A stretch of 64,000 bases of DNA from IMG/VR virus record IMGVR_UViG_3300032116_000025; one strand, given 5' to 3'. Below the pieces are notes generated by a model that was not told the origin of the DNA, ran no database searches, and saw nothing but the letters and a program-made list of their open reading frames with translations. This stretch comes from a virus. This document shows positions 39,948 to 46,343 of this stretch, piece after piece (position 1 is the first letter of the stretch; each line of letters starts with the position of its first letter). The position numbers were made by a program, and so were the translations under genes.

Positions 39948-40610
39948 ATGAGCACCAATGTCTCGCTCAACAGCGGTAACCCCGCCGGCGCGGAGCCGAA
40001 CTCCGCGATTGCCTGCATTGCGGGCATTTTCGTGCAGGTCTACGGTATTGCCGCCTCGAAGTTCGAGACGGCGTGTGTCGGAACGCGGGTAGCGTTCCCG
40101 ATGCAACAATTCGTCCAGGAGTTTGTCGCCCAGGCGGTGAACTCCTGGAAGGGCCCCGATCGGGCGCCCGGGCAGCACTTCATCCAGCTGAAGCTGAACG
40201 AGTACATGCTGGGGAAGTTCCTTAGCGGGGTCGGGCGCCGGACGACAGACCCAAAGGAATACTTCCCCGCTCTGTGGAGGGGAGAAGTGGTTCTGCTCGG
40301 CCGGCGAAAGCTGGCCGAACCCACCACTGGAGTGGCAGTGATCGTGTACACCCGCGAGGCGTACCTCAACGATCCACAGATCGACGAGGCGGGAAGGCGG
40401 TGGCTGGACCCGAGGACGACCCACGTCCTTGTGGACGTCCTCGCATTCTCGAACACGATCGGCTCCCCGCAGCTTAGCCCGCACCGCTTCGTGCGGAACA
40501 TGGCTGGCGGCAACAATACCCAGCTCACGGCAAGCGCCGACGAGCTTCGAGCAGAGGCTCAACTCGTGGCCGCGTACGATGCGAGCTACGTCACGGTCGG
40601 CGACGACTGA
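39948..40610 (+). CDS. DUF3228-like protein
   Basis: VIVYTREAY...P.SP.RF.RN.AGG resemblance; ATG 6 nt after CCTATAAG. Confidence 0.45.
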   Translation: MSTNVSLNSGNPAGAEPNSAIACIAGIFVQVYGIAASKFETACVGTRVAFPMQQFVQEFVAQAVNSWKGPDRAPGQHFIQLKLNEYMLGKFLSGVGRRTTDPKEYFPALWRGEVVLLGRRKLAEPTTGVAVIVYTREAYLNDPQIDEAGRRWLDPRTTHVLVDVLAFSNTIGSPQLSPHRFVRNMAGGNNTQLTASADELRAEAQLVAAYDASYVTVGDD

Positions 40611-40616
40611 CCACAC

Positions 40617-40660
40617 CGCCCGCTCCCCGGCTTCGGCCGGGTTGAGCGGGCGTTCTCTTG
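40617..40660 (+). terminator. bulged terminator hairpin, family copy 4
   Basis: CGCCCGCTC-CCCGGC-TTCG-GCCGGG-TT-GAGCGGGCG followed by TTCTCTTG. Confidence 0.75.
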
Positions 40661-40704
40661 CCTAGTAATACCGCGTTTTCCCCTATAAGCATGTGGAGGA
40701 AACT

Positions 40705-40845
40705 ATGCGACGAAACCGACGATTGGCTGACCTGGCGCGTGAGCGTCAGGCAGCGGAAGTTCGTGAGGAGGTCAAGCAAATCGCGCTTGGCCTCCTCGCG
40801 CTCGTAGGGCTGCTGGCCACATCGTGGCTAGCGGCGTTTATCTGA
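40705..40845 (+). CDS. 46-aa membrane-anchored microprotein (not in ORF track)
   Basis: CCTATAAG, GGAGG SD, MRRNRRLADLARERQAAEVREEVKQIALGLLALVGLLATSWLAAFI*, followed by a terminator. Confidence 0.7.
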   Translation: MRRNRRLADLARERQAAEVREEVKQIALGLLALVGLLATSWLAAFI

Positions 40846-40880
40846 AAGATGGGGAGCCTAACAGGCTCCCCATCTTTTTT
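40846..40880 (+). terminator. intrinsic terminator
   Basis: AAGATGGGGAGCCT-AAC-AGGCTCCCCATCTT followed by U-tract. Confidence 0.8.
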
Positions 40881-41211
40881 GCTTTGCTATCTGTATCCAG
40901 ACCTAGGTAAACCAAACGTATGAGTCGTTCAGAACGCGAGCGGTCCCTTCTTCGTCGGCTACTTGCTATTGCTGTTCACCGGCTTGGTGGGGAAATGCGG
41001 GTCACCAAAGAAGAGGTCTTTACCGGCACTTGGGAGCTGGGGATGGACCACGCAACTCTCCCAACAGTGGTTACCGGATTTCGTGTAGCTTCTAAAGATC
41101 GTGATACTCTGTAGATAGGCCGGTGAGCAGTTTCTGCTGCTTCCTGCTCTTTACCGACCCCGAAGCAGAGCAGCGTCAGGGGAAAGACGGCCACCCTTTA
41201 GGAGCGCACCT

Positions 41212-41400
41212 GTGAACGTCACACGCACCGTCTGGTACATCAGCTCAGACGAAACGGGAAAGCTGGGCCCGTTTTCTACTCAAGAGCAAGCCTACAGCGC
41301 GATCCGCAAAGATCTTTACGCAAGCACAGATCTAGCAAAGCGCCCATCTAACGTAGTCTTGTGGCCCGAGTACGTATCGAGCGCAGACCCAAAGGGATGA
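41212..41400 (+). CDS. small GYF_2-like motif protein
   Basis: WYISSDETGKLGPFSTQEQAY...VLWPE; AGGAG SD. Confidence 0.5.
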   Translation: MNVTRTVWYISSDETGKLGPFSTQEQAYSAIRKDLYASTDLAKRPSNVVLWPEYVSSADPKG

Positions 41401-41445
41401 AATAGCGCTCCTTTTTGCCTATCAGTAGGTAGAAAGGAACGCAAA

Positions 41446-41745
41446 ATGTGCATCCTAAACGATAGCGAGAAGGCCGCGGTATCCGCCGCGGTCACCACCA
41501 TCCTGGAGAAGGGTCTGCCCTTCACGGGTCAGTCGGTCACGCACGAGTTGCGTGACCGGGGCGTCAACCTCCCTCACAGGGAGATTTCCTCGTACACGCG
41601 GGAGATCTTCAACGGCGGAAAGATGCCTGGGTGGGCTTCCACCCAGGTCGTCCCGGGCCTTGGCCCGGTGATGTACTTCCCGGTCCCGCCGCGTAGCGCG
41701 GCGGGGATGGCGGCGGCGAAGCTTCGAAAGAAGCTGGTCCCGTGA
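41446..41745 (+). CDS. small putative winged-helix protein
   Basis: promoter motif at 41418; FTGQSVTHELR. Confidence 0.5.
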   Translation: MCILNDSEKAAVSAAVTTILEKGLPFTGQSVTHELRDRGVNLPHREISSYTREIFNGGKMPGWASTQVVPGLGPVMYFPVPPRSAAGMAAAKLRKKLVP

Positions 41746-42479
41746 AGGACGGTAAGCGGCGGAGGGCGAAAGCCCTCCGCCTGCCGGACGTCCCTGCTTT
41801 CCAGCAGGCGGCGTCCATCCCGGTTAAGGGCCAAAAGCCCCTAACCCAATTGGCTGACCTGGCGCGTGAGCGTCAGGCAAAGGGGCAGGAGGACATGCGT
41901 GAGGTGCGCAGGCACCTTGAGCGCTCCTGCAAAGAGTCGGGACGGCAGAACACCTACGGCGGGGTGTTCTACAGCTACACAGTGTTGAAGCCGAAAGAGC
42001 TTCGGCACAAGGACAACACGCGGACCCTGTGGCACGGTACCGCCCTCGGCAATCTCACGAACATCCTAATACACGGATTTAGGCCTTCGTACGGAGGGCT
42101 TATGGGTCCGGGCGTCTACTTCGGTGGACGCCAGAAAGCCGAGGCATACTCAAGGGCCCCCCTCGGAGCGCTGCTCCGATGCGAGGTGGCCCTGGGCCGA
42201 ACAGCGGATGCCGTTCCCTCGTGGGAGGACGCGCGCCCGCCGTACGACACCCTACACGGCGTGCCCGGCCAGACGCGCACGTATGGATCGTCCACCCTTC
42301 TTAACGAAGAATGGGCGGTCCTTGACCCTGCCCGAATCTCCATTCACGAAATTCGGGTGTTCACTGCAAATCGAGGCGAGTGTGTCCGATGCGGACGCCT
42401 TGTCAGCGATGAGCACCTTCAGTCGAGGTGGTCACCGCGCCACAAAGACTTCATCAGGCTTTGTGGCCACTGTCTGTGA
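41742..42479 (+). CDS. PARP-like (H-Y-E) ADP-ribosyltransferase with C-terminal Zn finger
   Basis: LWHGT...ILIHGF...MGPGVYF...AEAYS...LLRCEVALGR...YD...NEEWAV; CVRC...CGHC. Confidence 0.85.
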   Translation: MKDGKRRRAKALRLPDVPAFQQAASIPVKGQKPLTQLADLARERQAKGQEDMREVRRHLERSCKESGRQNTYGGVFYSYTVLKPKELRHKDNTRTLWHGTALGNLTNILIHGFRPSYGGLMGPGVYFGGRQKAEAYSRAPLGALLRCEVALGRTADAVPSWEDARPPYDTLHGVPGQTRTYGSSTLLNEEWAVLDPARISIHEIRVFTANRGECVRCGRLVSDEHLQSRWSPRHKDFIRLCGHCL

Positions 42480-42484
42480 GTAAT

Positions 42485-42522
42485 GCGGCCTCCCCATAAC
42501 GGGTTGAGGCCGCTTTACTTTT
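42485..42522 (+). terminator. bulged terminator hairpin, family copy 5
   Basis: GCGGCCTC-CCC-ATAAC-GGG-TT-GAGGCCGC followed by TTTACTTTTG. Confidence 0.7.
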
Positions 42523-42575
42523 GCTCCCAAAATATGCGCCGTTTCTCGTATAAGATATTGCGGCTCAACTTACCT

Positions 42576-42647
42576 GCCCCCTTAGCTCAGCGGTAGAGCA
42601 ACGGTTTTGTAAACCGTAGGTCGTCGGTTCAATCCCGACAGGGGGCT
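42576..42647 (+). tRNA. trnT: tRNA-Thr(UGU)
   Basis: cloverleaf, ACGGT-TTTGTAA-ACCGT. Confidence 0.95.
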
Positions 42648-42650
42648 CAC

Positions 42651-42731
42651 GCGGGAATGGCGGAATGGCAGACGCACCAGACTTAGGATCTGGCGCCGAA
42701 AGGTGTGGGGGTTCAAATCCCCCTTCCCGCA
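42651..42731 (+). tRNA. trnL: tRNA-Leu(UAG)
   Basis: CCAGA-CTTAGGA-TCTGG, long variable arm. Confidence 0.95.
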
Positions 42732-42735
42732 CAAA

Positions 42736-42809
42736 CGGGGTGTAGCACAGCCTGGTAGTGCGCCAGCTTTGGGAGCTGGAAGTCGCAGGTTCAAATCCTG
42801 TCGCCCCGA
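42736..42809 (+). tRNA. trnP: tRNA-Pro(UGG)
   Basis: CGGGGTG acceptor, CCAGC-TTTGGGA-GCTGG. Confidence 0.95.
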
Positions 42810-42823
42810 CTAAGGAGGTACGA

Positions 42824-43324
42824 ATGAAAAAGGTAATGGCCGCTCTCATGATGGCCTACGCCTCTACCGCAGAGGCCCAAGACCCCTACGAACTAGGCCG
42901 CCGTGATCCTGCTCTGCTACTGGGCCAAGCTCTAGTAGCAGAAGCAGGATGGCGGTTTCACGCAGATCATCTTGCAATACCCTGGGTTATTTCTCGCCGG
43001 GCAACCCTTCCGGCATTTCGCCGAGCGTCAAACCCAGAGGTCGCAGCGTTGATTGCTTACGTCTCAGCGTTAAAGTGCGCCGATCCCGCTCGTCGGTGCG
43101 ACTCTGAACGGCGTCGCCGGATGCGATCTATAACTTGGGGGATGCTTGACTCCCTTGCCCCGAAGATTGCGCGCGTTGCCCGTGATTGGTTCGGGGGTCG
43201 TCGTCATCCAGACCCCTGCCCAGACGCCTGGCACTGGGGCAGTGGGTTGCGCCGTTCGTCTCAGTTGGTTGTGCAGTGCGGGCACACGACTAACACGTTT
43301 CTTGGCAGACCCGTCTACCCGTAA
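42824..43324 (+). CDS. secreted SleB/cell-wall-hydrolase-like protein
   Basis: TAAGGAGGT SD, signal peptide MKKVMAALMMAYASTAEA, LGQALVAEAGW...AI.WVI.RR. Confidence 0.55.
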   Translation: MKKVMAALMMAYASTAEAQDPYELGRRDPALLLGQALVAEAGWRFHADHLAIPWVISRRATLPAFRRASNPEVAALIAYVSALKCADPARRCDSERRRRMRSITWGMLDSLAPKIARVARDWFGGRRHPDPCPDAWHWGSGLRRSSQLVVQCGHTTNTFLGRPVYP

Positions 43325-43344
43325 ACCGCCACACAAGGAACAGA

Positions 43345-43896
43345 ATGCCTAACTGGTGCAGCAACCACGGATTCATCAAGCTTCCAACCAACGCTTCTCC
43401 AGAGGCTGTTGCGGCGTTTAGGGCGCTAAGCAAGGTCGAGGATGACAAAGATGAGTGGTTCGCTAAGGTGCTCCCGTGCCCCCCTGAAGCGGACTGGTAC
43501 GAATGGCGGATCCGCCGTTACGGAACAAAATGGGACGTAACCCCCTCGCTTGCCGTAACGGACGACCAGATCAACTTCTCGTTTGAGTCGGCGTGGGCTC
43601 CGCCGCTAGAGTTTTTCAAGCATCTCGCGGAGACCTACGGCCTTCACTACCAGATTCAGTACTCAGAGCCGGGCTGCTGCTTCGGCGGTACCGCGTCCTA
43701 CGACGGGGATTTTCAAGACAAGTACGTTGAAAACGAGGAGTACCTCGTCGCGGCGGTGGATGAGTTTGGCGAGCCGATAGAGTCGGTCCTGTGCGTCGAA
43801 TCGTACGAGTCCTTCGACGCTTTCTGTAAGGCTCACAAAATTGATAGCCCAAGGCTCAAAGACTTGGTACGAGATTATTACCGCGACCACAACTAG
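43345..43896 (+). CDS. DUF1281/YubB ferredoxin-like domain protein
   Basis: MPNWCSN, WYEWR...GTKWD, FESAWAPP, YSEPG..FGG. Confidence 0.85.
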   Translation: MPNWCSNHGFIKLPTNASPEAVAAFRALSKVEDDKDEWFAKVLPCPPEADWYEWRIRRYGTKWDVTPSLAVTDDQINFSFESAWAPPLEFFKHLAETYGLHYQIQYSEPGCCFGGTASYDGDFQDKYVENEEYLVAAVDEFGEPIESVLCVESYESFDAFCKAHKIDSPRLKDLVRDYYRDHN

Positions 43897-43902
43897 TGGT
43901 CG

Positions 43903-43987
43903 GGAGGAGTGGCCGAGTGGTCTAAGGCAGCGGTTTTGAAAACCGCCGTGGGGCAACCCACCAGGGGTTCGAATCCCTTCTCCTCCG
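43903..43987 (+). tRNA. trnS: tRNA-Ser(UGA)
   Basis: GCGGT-TTTGAAA-ACCGC, long variable arm. Confidence 0.95.
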
Positions 43988-43989
43988 CT

Positions 43990-44188
43990 CGTGCCCGCCA
44001 ACCACGGGCTAGTGAGGGTGGAATACCTCATGAAGAAGCGGGGTGGTTCCCGTACGTTAGATAGCCCCGGACCCCGGAGGGGTCGGAGGCGTACAGCCCG
44101 TAAGCGGTTCTGGCTGGAGGTCGTTTGGCTGGAGGCGAAAGCCGATGAAAGTCGAGTAGCCGACGAAGGTCAACCGTACTGTACGAAC
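43990..44188 (+). ncRNA. unidentified structured RNA 1 between tRNA-Ser and tRNA-Val
   Basis: multiple nested helices and GNRA loops; no credible ORF. Confidence 0.6.
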
Positions 44189-44189
44189 T

Positions 44190-44261
44190 GCGGGAATAGC
44201 TCAGGGGTAGAGCGCCTCCTTTACACGGAGGAAGTCGGGGGTTCGAAACCCTCTTCCCGTA
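44190..44261 (+). tRNA. trnV: tRNA-Val(UAC)
   Basis: CCTCC-TTTACAC-GGAGG. Confidence 0.95.
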
Positions 44262-44265
44262 CTAA

Positions 44266-44351
44266 GCGAGCGTGGCGAAATCGGCATACGCAGCGGATTT
44301 AAAATCCGCGGGGCCGCAAGGCTCGTGAGGGTTCAAACCCCTCCGCTCGCA
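44266..44351 (+). tRNA. trnL: tRNA-Leu(UAA)
   Basis: GCGGA-TTTAAAA-TCCGC, long variable arm. Confidence 0.95.
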
Positions 44352-44354
44352 CTG

Positions 44355-44526
44355 TTAGTCCCGGTGAGGTGAGATCGGTCTCTCAGGAGACTAGGGCACC
44401 GGGATGGTAGTCAGATGAGCAACGTCGCTGTTGACCACGCGAAAGCGTACGAGGCGCGCCAAGTCGTCTGGCGAAAGGCACACCGGAAGGTGGCAAAGCC
44501 CAAGCCGTGGATATGCTGCACGGCAT
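44355..44526 (+). ncRNA. unidentified structured RNA 2 between tRNA-Leu and tRNA-Lys
   Basis: TCCCGGTG/CACCGGGA, GTCAGATGA/TCGTCTGGC, ACGC-GAAA-GCGT, CACC-GGAA-GGTG, GCCGTG/CACGGC. Confidence 0.6.
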
Positions 44527-44528
44527 TA

Positions 44529-44600
44529 GGGATCGTAGATCAGTGGTAGATCAGCGGGCTTTTAACCCGTAGGTCGTGGGTTCGATCCCCACCGGTCCCA
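44529..44600 (+). tRNA. trnK: tRNA-Lys(UUU)
   Basis: GCGGG-CTTTTAA-CCCGT. Confidence 0.93.
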
Positions 44601-44604
44601 CTTC

Positions 44605-44675
44605 TCGGGGTTCGTCTAAGGGCAGGACATCGGCCTTTGAAGCCGCGAATGATGGTTCGATTCCATCACCCCGAA
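44605..44675 (+). tRNA. trnQ: tRNA-Gln(UUG), second copy
   Basis: CGGC-CTTTGAA-GCCG; 5' half nearly identical to the 29055 copy. Confidence 0.88.
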
Positions 44676-44689
44676 TCAGGTTACCACCT

Positions 44690-44727
44690 AACGCGCACTA
44701 GCCCCTCCCTAGTGCGCGTTTCTTTTG
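44690..44727 (+). terminator. intrinsic terminator ending the tRNA operon
   Basis: AACGCGCACTAG/CTAGTGCGCGTT followed by TCTTTT. Confidence 0.8.
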
Positions 44728-44772
44728 CCCAAAATTTAAGGGGTTTCCGCCTATAAGAAGATAGGAGGAAAC

Positions 44773-44967
44773 ATGCACCACAACGAGTTCAAGTGCGATA
44801 CCTGTGGGTCCGAGATGAGCCTCGTTTTGTACGGGGCAGGCAACTGCCCCGGCTGCCCGGGAGATATGTCATGCGCGCTCGAGGCGCGCTGCGACCGGTG
44901 CAACCCGCCGCCACCGCCGAAGCCGCGGTACGTGCCGCCGCCGGAGCCCCCCACCGATTACTGGTGA
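44773..44967 (+). CDS. small Cys-rich, poly-Pro protein
   Basis: promoter motif at 44750, AGGAGG SD, three CxxC pairs. Confidence 0.6.
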   Translation: MHHNEFKCDTCGSEMSLVLYGAGNCPGCPGDMSCALEARCDRCNPPPPPKPRYVPPPEPPTDYW

Positions 44968-44975
44968 GGGGCCGC

Positions 44976-45016
44976 GCGCCCTGCTCCCCGAAAGGGTTGA
45001 GCGGGGCGTTTCTTTT
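44976..45016 (+). terminator. bulged terminator hairpin, family copy 6
   Basis: CGCCCTGCTC-CCC-GAAA-GGG-TT-GAGCGGGGCG followed by TTTCTTTTG. Confidence 0.75.
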
Positions 45017-45052
45017 GCCAATACGGCCTATAAGCAGACGAAGGAGGGTTGA

Positions 45053-45235
45053 GTGTCTGCCCTAAAGAACTACTACAAAGCGTGTACCCGCGCGGCAATC
45101 GCAGTCGAAAACAATGACAAGGCTGAAGAGCTGGCGGCGCTGGAGCTGGTAAAAACTACGTGGAGTGAGTTACAGAAGGAGGATCCCAGACTCGCGAAGT
45201 TCCTCACGCAAACTGGGATTGACCCGCCAAAGTAA
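45053..45235 (+). CDS. hypothetical protein
   Basis: promoter motif at 45027, AAGGAGG SD. Confidence 0.55.
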   Translation: MSALKNYYKACTRAAIAVENNDKAEELAALELVKTTWSELQKEDPRLAKFLTQTGIDPPK

Positions 45236-45236
45236 A

Positions 45237-45273
45237 ATAGGGCTGGACACATCGTGTCCAGCCCTATCTTTTT
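45237..45273 (+). terminator. terminator at the convergence of the plus-strand and virion modules
   Basis: ATAGGGCTGGACAC-ATC-GTGTCCAGCCCTAT followed by CTTTTT. Confidence 0.8.
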
Positions 45274-45285
45274 GCCTAGGTAAGC

Positions 45286-46005
45286 TCAGGCCATCTGCTC
45301 TAGCGTGATGTTCTGCACCGCGATCGGAATCGCTAGCTCAAACTGCACGGCAACCGACTCCTGAACGATGACGCCCTGCGCGTCTGTCGCAAAGGTGTGG
45401 TTGGGGATGTAGCAGCTCTCAAGGTAGAAAGCGCCGTAGGTCTTGAGGTTGGAGTCCTTGACCATGATCAGCAAGCCGATGGGCTGGCTAAACAGGTCCG
45501 AGGCAAGGTTGATGTAGAAGTTCTCGTAGCCCGGGGGCACAACGACGTTGTGCGGGTTAGGCATCGCCGCCGCACCCGGGTTCGGGAACACCGGGGGGAT
45601 CTCCGTCGGCAGCTGCGTGTCCGTGTAGTAGGCATAAAGCACCCGTAGGATGCTTGGGCCGTGGTACAGGATGCGCGAAAGGCCGAGCTGGCCAATCGTG
45701 CGGCCCGAGATGAAGTACGACCGCTCCGAGCCAAGCTCGAAGATACGGCTGAACTGCCGGTTGTGGCTAAGGTTGATGTTCTGCGTAACACCAATCGGGT
45801 AAACGATGGTGGACCCGCCCGCGGGGGTAGAAATCGCGGGTGTGAACCCAAGAACACCGCCTACCGAAGCCAGCCGTGACGGGCCAGCAAAGATTCCGCA
45901 GAAGGCGCCGGAGACGAACTGCCCGTCCACCATGCCCGGGCCTTCACCTCCCGTCTGGACGTAGTTCTCGTAGGGCTTCCAGTTAGCGTAACTAGCGTTA
46001 GCCAT
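45286..46005 (-). CDS. tail tube protein
   Basis: downstream of the sheath; IGVTQNINLSHNRQFSRIFELGS...YLESCYI..H.F......IVQESV.VQFE tube-like beta pattern. Confidence 0.7.
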   Translation of the reverse strand: MANASYANWKPYENYVQTGGEGPGMVDGQFVSGAFCGIFAGPSRLASVGGVLGFTPAISTPAGGSTIVYPIGVTQNINLSHNRQFSRIFELGSERSYFISGRTIGQLGLSRILYHGPSILRVLYAYYTDTQLPTEIPPVFPNPGAAAMPNPHNVVVPPGYENFYINLASDLFSQPIGLLIMVKDSNLKTYGAFYLESCYIPNHTFATDAQGVIVQESVAVQFELAIPIAVQNITLEQMA

Positions 46006-46025
46006 GATCTTCTCCTAGCGGGCCT

Positions 46026-46343
46026 TCAGCCCTTCACATCTTGAAGAAATGCGTCAACGGTACGCTGACCGGCGAGCATCATTTCCGCCAGCTTCATGCT
46101 TACTTTGTGCTCGCGCAGCTTCTCTTCTGCGCGCTCCCGCTTGCTGCGGGCAATCTCCTCGACAACCTCTCGCGGAGACCGCCCGCCAGCCACAAAGTCC
46201 ATGCCCGACTCCTTGCTTTGCAGCTCGGCACGCTCTGAGGCTTCCTCGTCCTGACGGCTGCGGTGCTCTGTAAGCTCCACAACAAGGGCGTCGTCTAGCG
46301 CCTGAGCGTGCTGGCTGTACTTGAAGTCGTCCATGGTGCTCAC
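46026..46343 (-). CDS. hypothetical protein between sheath and tube
   Basis: GTGA-coupled to the sheath gene. Confidence 0.55.
   Translation of the reverse strand: MSTMDDFKYSQHAQALDDALVVELTEHRSRQDEEASERAELQSKESGMDFVAGGRSPREVVEEIARSKRERAEEKLREHKVSMKLAEMMLAGQRTVDAFLQDVKG

Noticed and set aside
42565-42849. ORFs antisense to or overlapping the tRNA genes (also 43663..44031 and 43991..44302)
   Set aside because: Shadow ORFs of tRNAs (GFEP peptides), with no SD or coding signal.
44141-44170. Hammerhead ribozyme core in RNA 1 (CCGATGA...GAAG)
   Set aside because: It deviates from the invariant CUGANGA/GAAA core, stems I and III are not evident, and an alternative nested fold explains the sequence.
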